Shown here: positions 40,021 to 48,296 of the stretch, in pieces
Numbering within the stretch: the stretch's first letter is position 1
Layout: each line of letters starts with the position of its first letter
NCBI GenBank assembly: GCA_011388275.1
Contig: DSAB01000119.1
Span: forward strand, 110,045-174,044
Length of the DNA stretch: 64,000 bases
Source: a bacterium
Lineage (GTDB): Bacteria; Zhuqueibacterota; QNDG01; DSAB01
Reading direction: 5' to 3'
Position numbers and translations under genes: made by a program
Notes under the pieces: generated by a model
Databases searched by the model: none
What the model saw: only the letters and a program-made list of their open reading frames with translations
Told to the model about the DNA's origin: nothing

Positions 40021-41208
40021 GTGGATATTTTTGATAAATGTCACAAGTTTACTCGAGCCAAAGAAGCCATCGCCGCAGGTATTTACCCCTATTTTCAACA
40101 AATCCAATCCGGCCCCGGTTCTGAAGTCATCATCAATGGAAAATCGATGATCATGATCGGATCCAACAACTATCTGGGTTTAACAGGCCATCCAAAAGTC
40201 ATTGAAGCCGGAATATCGGCTATTCGGAAATACGGGACCGGATGTACCGGATCCCGTTTCCTGAACGGGACCCTGGACATTCACGAAGAGCTGGAAAAAC
40301 GGCTTGCACGCTTTCTCAATCGCGAAGCGGTTCTCTGTTTCAGCACCGGTCATCATGTCAACCAGGGCTGCATATCCACGCTGGTCGGCAAGAAAGACAT
40401 CGTATTTACGGACCGGGCAGACCACGCCTCGATCGTCGATGGAACGCGACTGACTTTCGGTAAAATCGTCAAATACAAACACAATGACATGGAAGACCTG
40501 TGCCGGGCCCTGAAGCATTATGAAAATCATAGTGCCGGAAAAATGATTGTCACCGACGGTGTTTTCAGTATGGAAGGCGATATAGTCAATCTTCCGGGAC
40601 TGGTTAAGCTTGCAAACCAATTCAATGCTCGCGTGTACGTAGATGACGCCCACTCCGTGGGTGTTCTGGGAAAACACGGAAGGGGAACCGGAGAACATTT
40701 CGGTCTCGAAGATCAAATTGACCTTCAGATGGGAACCTTCAGCAAATCCTTCGCTTCACTGGGCGGTTTCGTCGCCGGAGATGAAGATGTCATTCACTAT
40801 ATCAAACACCATGCCCGTTCTCTGATTTTCACTGCCAGCGCCCCTCCGGCCTCGGTTGCCACGGTTCTGGCCGCTCTGGATATAATTGAATCAGAACCCG
40901 AACGTATCGAACAGTTGAGAAAAATCACTCAAAAGATGAAACGGGGTTATGACTCTCTGGGTTTCGACACCGGAAAAAGTGAGACTCCCATTATTCCCAT
41001 CAAGATCGGAAAGGAAGAAGACTGCTTGATGTTCTGGAAACTTCTGTTCGATAACGGCATTTTCGCAAATCCCTCCATCAGCCCGGCGGTCCCCCCCGGC
41101 GAAGCCATCATCCGGACCAGTTATATGGCCACCCACACGGAAGATGAACTAAATCAAATTCTGGAAATCTTCGCCCGATTGGGCAAGCAATTCGGAATTA
41201 TTCCATAA
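40021..41208 (+). CDS. spt: Serine palmitoyltransferase (alpha-oxoamine synthase family)
   Basis: GTG start after AAGGAG; YPYF, GSNNYLGL, GSRFLNGT, DHASI, DDAH, PLP lysine in MGTFSKS (SPT-type rather than the T[LF]GKA of BioF/Kbl). Confidence 0.85.
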   Translation: MDIFDKCHKFTRAKEAIAAGIYPYFQQIQSGPGSEVIINGKSMIMIGSNNYLGLTGHPKVIEAGISAIRKYGTGCTGSRFLNGTLDIHEELEKRLARFLNREAVLCFSTGHHVNQGCISTLVGKKDIVFTDRADHASIVDGTRLTFGKIVKYKHNDMEDLCRALKHYENHSAGKMIVTDGVFSMEGDIVNLPGLVKLANQFNARVYVDDAHSVGVLGKHGRGTGEHFGLEDQIDLQMGTFSKSFASLGGFVAGDEDVIHYIKHHARSLIFTASAPPASVATVLAALDIIESEPERIEQLRKITQKMKRGYDSLGFDTGKSETPIIPIKIGKEEDCLMFWKLLFDNGIFANPSISPAVPPGEAIIRTSYMATHTEDELNQILEIFARLGKQFGIIP

Positions 41209-41226
41209 ACAAGAATGAGGGAATCG

Positions 41227-42351
41227 ATGTCTTCTGAAAACGTTCAGATTTTTAACGTTCAATCGAAGAAGGATTGGAAACAGTTTGTCATGTTTCCATA
41301 CCACCTGTACCGTCACCATCCCTTCTGGGTGCCTCCGCTGATTTCCGATCAAAAGAAACTGCTGGATTTCGACCTCAATCCCTTTTTCAGCCATGCCTCG
41401 GGCCGTTTTTTCCTGGCGCGCCGTGGAAACATAATTGTAGGGCGCATAGCTGCCCTGGTTGATGATCTCCACAATCAGATTCACCATGAAAAGACCGGTT
41501 TCTTTGGTTTCCTGGCTGTGGAAAATGATTACGAAGCAGCGGCTGCTTTGCTGGACGCGGCAAGAAATTGGGTCCGAAAGCAGGGCATGAAACAATTTCG
41601 AGGCCCGGTGAATCCTTCGCAAAACGAAGACTGCGGCCTGCTCATCGACGCTTTTGATTCACCGCCCGTTATCATGATGCCCTATAATCCGGAGTATCTG
41701 GTTCACTTTTTAGATCAATACGGATTGAAAAAAGCGGTTGATTTATACGCCTATTTACTGGATGGAACCAAACCCCAGCCGCCTAAACTGGTTCGTGTCG
41801 CCGAATTGGTTGCGAAAAAACCGGGCGTGAATATTCGTCCAATTGATATGAAACATTTTTTTCAGGAAGCTCGAATGATTTGGAAAGTCTATAATTCGGC
41901 CTGGGCGAATAATTACGGATTCGTACCCATGACCGAAGAGGAATTTGTTAACCTTGCCAAACATCTCAAACAGGTGGTTGTTCCTGATTTGGCTCTGATG
42001 GCTGAAATACACGGTAAACCAGCAGGTTTCTCCCTGTCCATTCCCGACATGAACCAGGCACTTATTCATCTCAATGGACGTCTTTTCCCGCTCGGAATTT
42101 TCAAACTGCTTCATTACTCACGAAAAATCAATCAATTGCGGATAATCATACTCGGCGTCCTGCCGGAATACCGCCGAACCGGAGTCGACGCAGCCCTTTA
42201 CGGCCATACATGGAAAAACGCCGTTTCTCGTGGATATATAAAAGGCGAGATGTCATGGATTCTGGAGAATAATACCATGATGAACCGTTCGGCCCGCATG
42301 CTTGGGGGAAAAATATATAAAACCTATCGAATTTATGAAATGCAATCCTGA
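41227..42351 (+). CDS. GNAT-fold protein, bacterial ceramide synthase-like
   Basis: PYHLY..PFWVPPL, NPFF, VGRIAA, GFFGF, GLLIDAFD.PP..MMPYNPEY, PDMNQAL, EMSWILENN; 18 nt after spt. Confidence 0.8.
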   Translation: MSSENVQIFNVQSKKDWKQFVMFPYHLYRHHPFWVPPLISDQKKLLDFDLNPFFSHASGRFFLARRGNIIVGRIAALVDDLHNQIHHEKTGFFGFLAVENDYEAAAALLDAARNWVRKQGMKQFRGPVNPSQNEDCGLLIDAFDSPPVIMMPYNPEYLVHFLDQYGLKKAVDLYAYLLDGTKPQPPKLVRVAELVAKKPGVNIRPIDMKHFFQEARMIWKVYNSAWANNYGFVPMTEEEFVNLAKHLKQVVVPDLALMAEIHGKPAGFSLSIPDMNQALIHLNGRLFPLGIFKLLHYSRKINQLRIIILGVLPEYRRTGVDAALYGHTWKNAVSRGYIKGEMSWILENNTMMNRSARMLGGKIYKTYRIYEMQS

Positions 42352-42363
42352 ATTGTCCTGATA

Positions 42364-42598
42364 TGCACACAACTCATGCAACAAATTGTTATATATTTGT
42401 TACATTTTCAAGTCATTGATACTACTACATCTATGGTTTTTTCTCGATAATTTGTAAACTATTGTTAACATTCTGATTATTAACATCCCTGGAATAATGT
42501 GCATTCCGATACATCCAATTCTATCCTTAAGTTATATCTAATCAATATATTATCTGTCTTCATCGATGATGACATCGAAGAATGGCATGTTTCTTGTT
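42364..42598 (+). promoter_or_regulatory. Putative sigma54 promoter with upstream activator sites and IHF site
   Basis: TGGCATGTTTCTTGT at 42583-42597 (GG-N10-GT); IHF consensus AATCAATATATTA at 42540-42552; TGT-N12-ACA at 42387-42404 and 42453-42470; TGCA-N9-TGCA at 42364-42380. Confidence 0.55.
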
Positions 42599-42608
42599 AT
42601 GGAAAATA

Positions 42609-42677
42609 GTGTTGGTGCAATTCTCATCTCGCCTCTCCCCTTTGAAAAAAGGCCTGGATCCCCTCCAGGCCTTTTTC
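42609..42677 (+). ncRNA. Candidate sigma54-dependent small RNA (~70 nt)
   Basis: Lies between the predicted sigma54 start and a strong terminator; C/U-rich CTCATCTCGCCTCTCCCC segment; no convincing plus-strand gene. Confidence 0.45.
42645..42677. terminator. Bidirectional intrinsic terminator
   Basis: AAAAAA-GGCCTGGA-TCCCC-TCCAGGCC-TTTTT. Confidence 0.85.
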
Positions 42678-42706
42678 TGTAATCTATGCATAACGTTCCA
42701 AAAAAG

Positions 42707-43054
42707 TTATTCGATCCAGTATAATATCCTTCCACATTGTTCGCATGTCATAATTGTCTGATCCGATCGTCCGGAAGCTTCATAAGAAGTGGGCAAGCGA
42801 GCGAAACATCCCAAACAGGTGCCGTCCTGAACCGGGGCAATGACTCTTATGTAACGTGTATTCAGTCGTTGAAAGGTCCGAAGCAATCGGGTTTCGATCC
42901 TTTTTCCCAAATCATCTCTTGCTTTTTCCAGACTCTCTCTTCCCTTTAATTTAAATCCGGCTTTTTTTTCTTCCTGTTCCGCTTCCAGAAGCATCATGCT
43001 GATGTCCTGATATAAAACCAAGAGTTCCAACTGATTTTTCGTCAATGGAATCAC
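42707..43054 (-). CDS. Short coiled-coil/C4 zinc-ribbon protein (DUF164/CT398-like)
   Basis: LVLYQDI N-terminus; CLGC..LP..CEQCGRILY. Confidence 0.8.
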   Translation of the reverse strand: MIPLTKNQLELLVLYQDISMMLLEAEQEEKKAGFKLKGRESLEKARDDLGKRIETRLLRTFQRLNTRYIRVIAPVQDGTCLGCFARLPTSYEASGRSDQTIMTCEQCGRILYWIE

Positions 43055-43512
43055 ACCTCCTGAATGGCCTGAATAAAGGAACGGAAATCATTGGCATTCA
43101 TCAGCGTTTTTCGTTTTTTTGCATCACGTAATCTTTCAACCAGTTTGCCCAAAATCGGCAGATATATGTTCGCTTTTTCCTGTGGCGGAGCGAGGATGAG
43201 AAATATCAGATGAACCTTTTTTTTATCCGGAGCGTTGTATTCCACACCCTTTTGGGATAGGGCGGCTACGATAAACACCTCTGCAACTGCCAAAGTCCGG
43301 CAATGAGGTATGGCTATTCCCCTGCCAATAGCCGTACTTCCCAGGCTCTCCCGTGTCAGCAAAGTCTGCAATACGATCGAACTGCTCTTGATCTTTCCGG
43401 AATCAACCAAAACCGCAACCATCTTCTGCAGCAACTCTTCCTGGCTTGAAGCTTCAACATCGGGGATAAAATAATCTTCATTTAAATAATCGGCCAGATC
43501 AATATCAATCAT
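43051..43512 (-). CDS. PTS EIIA domain protein (Ntr/fructose type)
   Basis: RESLGSTAIGRGIAIPHC phospho-His motif; D.K.VHLIFL. Confidence 0.9.
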   Translation of the reverse strand: MIDIDLADYLNEDYFIPDVEASSQEELLQKMVAVLVDSGKIKSSSIVLQTLLTRESLGSTAIGRGIAIPHCRTLAVAEVFIVAALSQKGVEYNAPDKKKVHLIFLILAPPQEKANIYLPILGKLVERLRDAKKRKTLMNANDFRSFIQAIQEV

Positions 43513-43552
43513 AGTATTTGTCTTTCCACGGAAAGGCTATTCTGTATGACCA

Positions 43553-44623
43553 TTACAAATATTTTTGAAGATTTTTTCTTTTAAACCTCTCGACAATTTT
43601 CTTGACATCCTCGACGCGATCCCTGCGGCAAATCAGAGTAGCGTCCTTTTCCTGAACTATAATGATGTCTTCCATTCCGATGACGGCGATAACACCACTG
43701 GAAGTGGAAATATAGCAATTCCGGGAATCCATGGTCACCACATCACCTTGAATGGCATTTCCATCTGAATCTTTTTTACTGAGTTTATAGGTCTGCTCCC
43801 AGCTTCCGAGATCATTCCACTCGAATTCACCTTTGACGAGAAAAACGTTGTCCGCTTTCTCCATAATCGCATAATCAATGGATATTCCCCGTATCTGCCG
43901 GTACACCTTCTCCAGAGTTTCTTCATAATTATTGTTTCCAATGACTTTCTTGAGCGTGAGCAAGGCTTCATATAAATCCGGTGCATATTTTTCAAACGCT
44001 TTTAACAATACGGATATTTTAAAGATGAATATTCCGCTGTTCCAGTAGAAATCACCGCTTTTCAAGAACCTTTCAGCAGTCGCCAGATTGGGTTTTTCAG
44101 CAAAAGTACGGACACTGAACGAACTGATGCCGTTCAATTTTCCCAAATTCTCTTTGATTTGTATATACCCATAACCGGTTGCCGGACGGTCGGGCTGAAT
44201 ACCAATGGTTACCAAAGCGTCTTTTTGACCGGCCAAGCTCACTGCCGCCATAACGGTTTTTCGGAATCGATCTTCCTGCCGAATCAGATGATCCGCAGGA
44301 GAAACAACCATGATCGCTTCCGGATCACGAGCCTCTACAAACAGTGCGGCCAGTCCGATGCAAGGTGCCGTGTTCTTGCCTATGGGTTCGTAGATGATAT
44401 TTTGAGAAGGGACGGGAAGATGCTGTTTTTCCATTTCACATTTCTGGCCGATGTTGGAAACGACAAACAAATGATCGGGTGAGGTAAGCGGAAGAAACCG
44501 GCGAACCGTGCTTTCAATCAGGGTCTGTTTTCCAACAAGAGAAAGGAATTGTTTGGATCTTTTCTTTCTGCTGTGCGGCCAGAATCGTGAACCGGAACCA
44601 CCGGCCATCAGTATGCAATACAT
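43553..44623 (-). CDS. manC: Mannose-1-phosphate guanylyltransferase
   Basis: MAGGSGSRFWP.SR, KQFL, EP.GKNTAP, PADH, TGYGYI, FAEKP, WNSG, WNDLGSW. Confidence 0.93.
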   Translation of the reverse strand: MYCILMAGGSGSRFWPHSRKKRSKQFLSLVGKQTLIESTVRRFLPLTSPDHLFVVSNIGQKCEMEKQHLPVPSQNIIYEPIGKNTAPCIGLAALFVEARDPEAIMVVSPADHLIRQEDRFRKTVMAAVSLAGQKDALVTIGIQPDRPATGYGYIQIKENLGKLNGISSFSVRTFAEKPNLATAERFLKSGDFYWNSGIFIFKISVLLKAFEKYAPDLYEALLTLKKVIGNNNYEETLEKVYRQIRGISIDYAIMEKADNVFLVKGEFEWNDLGSWEQTYKLSKKDSDGNAIQGDVVTMDSRNCYISTSSGVIAVIGMEDIIIVQEKDATLICRRDRVEDVKKIVERFKRKNLQKYL

Positions 44624-44674
44624 GAAAATCCTTTGCTCCAGCCAATAGATATTTTCCGGGGCGCCTCCGGCCTA

Positions 44675-44703
44675 AAGATAATCATTTACCATGAACAAAT
44701 CAA
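44675..44703 (-). promoter_or_regulatory. sigma70-type promoter of manC-EIIA-zinc ribbon
   Basis: TTGATT-17-TATCTT. Confidence 0.45.
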
Positions 44704-45305
44704 GTGTTTTGACTGTTTTTACAGGATAAATAACGGTGTAAATCACGCGCTTTTTTCCGAAGAGCATTCAGAGAACGATCATTATAAATGATCACATGAG
44801 CCCTGCCTGCCTTAAGATCATCGTTGAGCTGTGAATCCATCCGAAGTGATATATCTTTCAGGGTCCATTTTCTGTCTTTTTGCAGCCAATGCAGTCTTTT
44901 TTCCCTCGGAGCAATCACCAGAACGATTAGATCAAACCAATCATCCAGTTCCGCCTCCATAAGAACAGCCATATCAACTACAACGTGTTCTTTGGCCGGA
45001 CTTCGATAAGGAAGCAGAAGCGGCATAAGAGCCGATCGAATCAGGGGAAACATGATGTCATTCAGGCGACGGAGCTGAAGAGAATCGGAAAAGACGATGG
45101 AAGCCAGTTCTTCCCTTTGAAGAATCCCTTCTTTAAAAACAAAATCTCCAAACGATGAACGGATACGATCGCTGGCTTCAGGGACTTCCTCGATAATTTG
45201 GGCGGCCAGTTTGTCCACATCGATAAGCGAACCGTTGCAGCGGCTCAGTTCTGCGGCAAAAGAACTCTTTCCCGAGCCTACACCGCCTGTGACCCCAACG
45301 ACCAT
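44700..45305 (-). CDS. coaE: Dephospho-CoA kinase
   Basis: GVTGGVGSGKS, LASIVF, RMDSQ. Confidence 0.92.
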   Translation of the reverse strand: MVVGVTGGVGSGKSSFAAELSRCNGSLIDVDKLAAQIIEEVPEASDRIRSSFGDFVFKEGILQREELASIVFSDSLQLRRLNDIMFPLIRSALMPLLLPYRSPAKEHVVVDMAVLMEAELDDWFDLIVLVIAPREKRLHWLQKDRKWTLKDISLRMDSQLNDDLKAGRAHVIIYNDRSLNALRKKARDLHRYLSCKNSQNT

Positions 45306-45405
45306 GAAATAATCCCTCGATTTTCAATACTTCATAAATCTTATTCAGTATCCGCTTTTCGGGACACAAAGTCAAGTACAAATTCATTTTTTAAAGTCTT
45401 TTTTC

Positions 45406-45434
45406 TTGACAATCAGAATCAAATCATTTACATT
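45406..45434 (+). promoter_or_regulatory. sigma70-type promoter of ychF
   Basis: TTGACA-17-TACATT. Confidence 0.6.
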
Positions 45435-45479
45435 GCCAAAGTTCATTTCCTTCCGCATATTCAATTCACCGGGGATATC

Positions 45480-46580
45480 ATGGGTTTTAAATGCGGTCTG
45501 GTCGGTTTGCCCAACGCCGGAAAATCAACTGTGTTTAATGCATTAACCTATCAGCGTGTGGAAGCATCGGCCTATCCATTCTGTACCATCGATCCTCATA
45601 TAGGAATCGTTCCTCTAAAAGATGATCGTTTATCCTTGATTCAAGAACTCTATCATTCACGTCAATCCACGCCAGCAACTCTGGAGTTTGTGGACATAGC
45701 CGGATTGGTCCGCGGCGCGAGCCAGGGTGAAGGACTCGGCAATCAGTTCCTCAGCCATATACAGGGAATGGATCTCATTGCCTATATTATCCGCTTCTTT
45801 GAAGACAAAAACGTTTCTCATCCCTATGGAAACATTGACCCTGTGCGGGACAATGAAATTGTGACACATGAATTGATTCTCAAAGATCTTGAAACGGTTC
45901 AATCGGCTCTTGAGAAAGCGAGAAAGTCCTCGCGCGCAGGAATCGCCGAACTCCGGCAGGAAGCCGAAGAGCTGGAGTCGATCGAGACAAAACTTAAAGA
46001 AAAAATTGAGGTGAGAAAACTTGATCTAACGGAAACCGGGCAGGAGATATGCCGCCGGCTGAATCTGATTACCTTTAAACCCGTTCTCATCATCGCCAAC
46101 ATACAGGAGCCCGGTCAGGAGTCGGATTCGCGTTTTACTGGTTTCCATGACACTTTGAAAGCGGATCCAATAATCACGATTTGCGGCAAGATTCAATCGG
46201 AAATATCCGAACTGCCCGAATCAGAGAGAATGGACTTTGTCAATGCAATGGGTCTTGAATCCGCGGGGATCAATAAACTCGTTGTTGCCGGATATAAGGC
46301 GCTGAATCTGATTACATTTTTTACCGCCAATGAAAATGAAGCCCGGGCGTGGACCGTTCGATCAGGCACCACCGTCCGTGAGGCAGCCGGCAAAGTACAC
46401 AGTGATTTCGAAGACTTCTTTGTCAAGGCTGAGGTAATAAAAATCGATGAATTGAAAGAGCATGGATCCATAAAAGCTCTTCACGATTCCGGTCTGGTCC
46501 GGATTCATGGGAAACAATACCTCGTCGAAGACGGAGATCTGATACTGTTCCGCACTCACAGACACACAAGAAAGGAATGA
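45480..46580 (+). CDS. ychF: Redox-regulated ATPase YchF
   Basis: Likely start ATG 45480: GLVGLPNAGKST, YPFCTIDP, DIAGLV.GAS.GEGLGNQFL, LITFFT, TGS domain. Confidence 0.95.
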   Translation: MGFKCGLVGLPNAGKSTVFNALTYQRVEASAYPFCTIDPHIGIVPLKDDRLSLIQELYHSRQSTPATLEFVDIAGLVRGASQGEGLGNQFLSHIQGMDLIAYIIRFFEDKNVSHPYGNIDPVRDNEIVTHELILKDLETVQSALEKARKSSRAGIAELRQEAEELESIETKLKEKIEVRKLDLTETGQEICRRLNLITFKPVLIIANIQEPGQESDSRFTGFHDTLKADPIITICGKIQSEISELPESERMDFVNAMGLESAGINKLVVAGYKALNLITFFTANENEARAWTVRSGTTVREAAGKVHSDFEDFFVKAEVIKIDELKEHGSIKALHDSGLVRIHGKQYLVEDGDLILFRTHRHTRKE

Positions 46581-46583
46581 TCC

Positions 46584-48275
46584 ATGATTATTGAACTGGA
46601 AACCTGGACGATCAGAGCCTTGATGGAACGAAGTTTTTCCCATTACGGCAACCTCCCTGCAATTGCCTTTGCAGGAGAATCGCCCAAAACCTACAATGAA
46701 GTGCACGCGGAGGTTCAAAAACTCGCAGCGGATCTGATCTCGAGAAACATTCAGAAAGGTGACCGGATCGGCATTCTGGGTGAAAACTGTCCCAACTGGG
46801 TCATCGCCTATCTGGCGGTTGCTTTTATCGGCGCCGTGGCGGTTCCCATCCTGACCGGTTTTCCGGACGCGGACACCCGTCATATCCTTCGAAACAGCGA
46901 ATGCGTGGCCCTGTTTATCGCTTCCAAACTTCGAACCAAGATTGAAGGCATGGAGAAATCTTCTCTTCACTCCATCTACTCTCTGGAAGATTTCTCTCTT
47001 GAAGAGCTGCAATCAAGCCATTCTAATTGGCTGGAAAAAACCATTCAGCTGATTCACAAACGTACCGGTAAAAAACCCGACCATCAAGACATACTCAAGG
47101 AGCTGCCGGGCCCTCAGCCGGAAGATCTGGCTGTGATTATCTATACATCCGGCACGACGGGAAATTCCAAAGGTGTCATGCTGAGCCATTATAATATCGT
47201 TTCCGATGTGATTTTCAGTATTGAAAAATTTCCGATCACGCATGAAGACCGTTTCCTGTCCATTCTTCCGCTGGCACACACTTTTGAAGCCACGGGAGGC
47301 ATGCTCTGTCCGCTGGCCGTTGGAGTGAGCATCTACTACTTAAAAGGACTTCCGACACCCCAAAAGCTGCTTGCCGGCATGGAAACGGTCAAACCTACAG
47401 GGGTATTGACTGTTCCCCTGGTGGTTGACAAAATATACCGAAAGAAGATTGTTCCGCAACTTCAGAGCAAAAAAGCAATCTGGGCCCTCTACCACATTCC
47501 CTTTTTCAGACGGCTGCTGAACAAGGCCGCAGGCCGCAAGCTGGTTCAATCTCTGGGCGGCGCCCTTCGATTCTTTATGTTTGGCGGGGCTTCCCTGAAT
47601 GAAGATGTGGAAATATTTCTTCGGGATGCCGGTATCAGTTACTCGACCGGTTACGGAATGACCGAAACATCACCCATTATGACGATCAACCCCTTCGGCC
47701 ATGTAAAAGTCGGTTCCTGCGGCCAGCCCATACCCAACCTGGAAATAAAAATTCACAATCCGAATCCGGAAACCGGCATCGGTGAAATCATCGTCAAAGG
47801 ACCCATGGTCATGCAGGGTTATTACAAGAATCCCAAAGCCACCGAAGAGGTTTTCATTGATGGTGAATGGCTGCGGACCGGTGATCTGGGGTTCCTCGAC
47901 AGCGACGGATACCTGTTTATCAAGGGCCGTTCAAAAAACGTGATTATCGGATCATCCGGCGAGAACATCTATCCAGAAATTATTGAACAGTTGATGCTGC
48001 AGAACCCGTATATTCAGCAGGTTATTGTTTATGAATCTCAGGGAAAATTGACGGCGAAATCCTATATGGACGCGGACATGATCGATCAGGAAGCGGAGAA
48101 AGCGGGGATAACAACGGAAAACCTGGAGTCTTTCAAGGAGCAGTTGCTGGAAGAAATCCGCAAGAAAACGAATGAGCAGCTGCCCGGCTTCTCGGCTATT
48201 TCTAAAATTATCGAACAGCCTGAACCCTTTGAAATGACACCAACCAATAAAGTGAAACGGTATCTCTATATATAA
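46584..48275 (+). CDS. Long-chain fatty acid--CoA ligase (AMP-binding)
   Basis: IIYTSGTTGNSKG, GYGMTET, WLRTGDLG, KGRSKNVI..GENIYPE. Confidence 0.92.
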   Translation: MIIELETWTIRALMERSFSHYGNLPAIAFAGESPKTYNEVHAEVQKLAADLISRNIQKGDRIGILGENCPNWVIAYLAVAFIGAVAVPILTGFPDADTRHILRNSECVALFIASKLRTKIEGMEKSSLHSIYSLEDFSLEELQSSHSNWLEKTIQLIHKRTGKKPDHQDILKELPGPQPEDLAVIIYTSGTTGNSKGVMLSHYNIVSDVIFSIEKFPITHEDRFLSILPLAHTFEATGGMLCPLAVGVSIYYLKGLPTPQKLLAGMETVKPTGVLTVPLVVDKIYRKKIVPQLQSKKAIWALYHIPFFRRLLNKAAGRKLVQSLGGALRFFMFGGASLNEDVEIFLRDAGISYSTGYGMTETSPIMTINPFGHVKVGSCGQPIPNLEIKIHNPNPETGIGEIIVKGPMVMQGYYKNPKATEEVFIDGEWLRTGDLGFLDSDGYLFIKGRSKNVIIGSSGENIYPEIIEQLMLQNPYIQQVIVYESQGKLTAKSYMDADMIDQEAEKAGITTENLESFKEQLLEEIRKKTNEQLPGFSAISKIIEQPEPFEMTPTNKVKRYLYI

Positions 48276-48296
48276 CTATTTGCTTCGAACGCCGGC

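Noticed and set aside
42352-42706. AT-rich gap as oriC or dif
   Set aside because: No cluster of TTATCCACA DnaA boxes and no 11-6-11 XerC/XerD dif arrangement found.
42582-42761. 59-codon plus-strand ORF across the sRNA candidate
   Set aside because: It starts inside the sigma54-like element, runs through a strong terminator and overlaps the convergent gene.
44655-44680. GCCTCCGGCCTAAA resembling part of a c-di-GMP-I riboswitch
   Set aside because: Wrong strand for the downstream gene and lacks the GGCAAA/GNRA/GACGCAAA elements; it is the antisense of the manC 5' UTR.
45198-45479. Apparent 94 aa N-terminal extension of YchF
   Set aside because: It overlaps divergent coaE and contains the ychF promoter; the likely start is ATG 45480.
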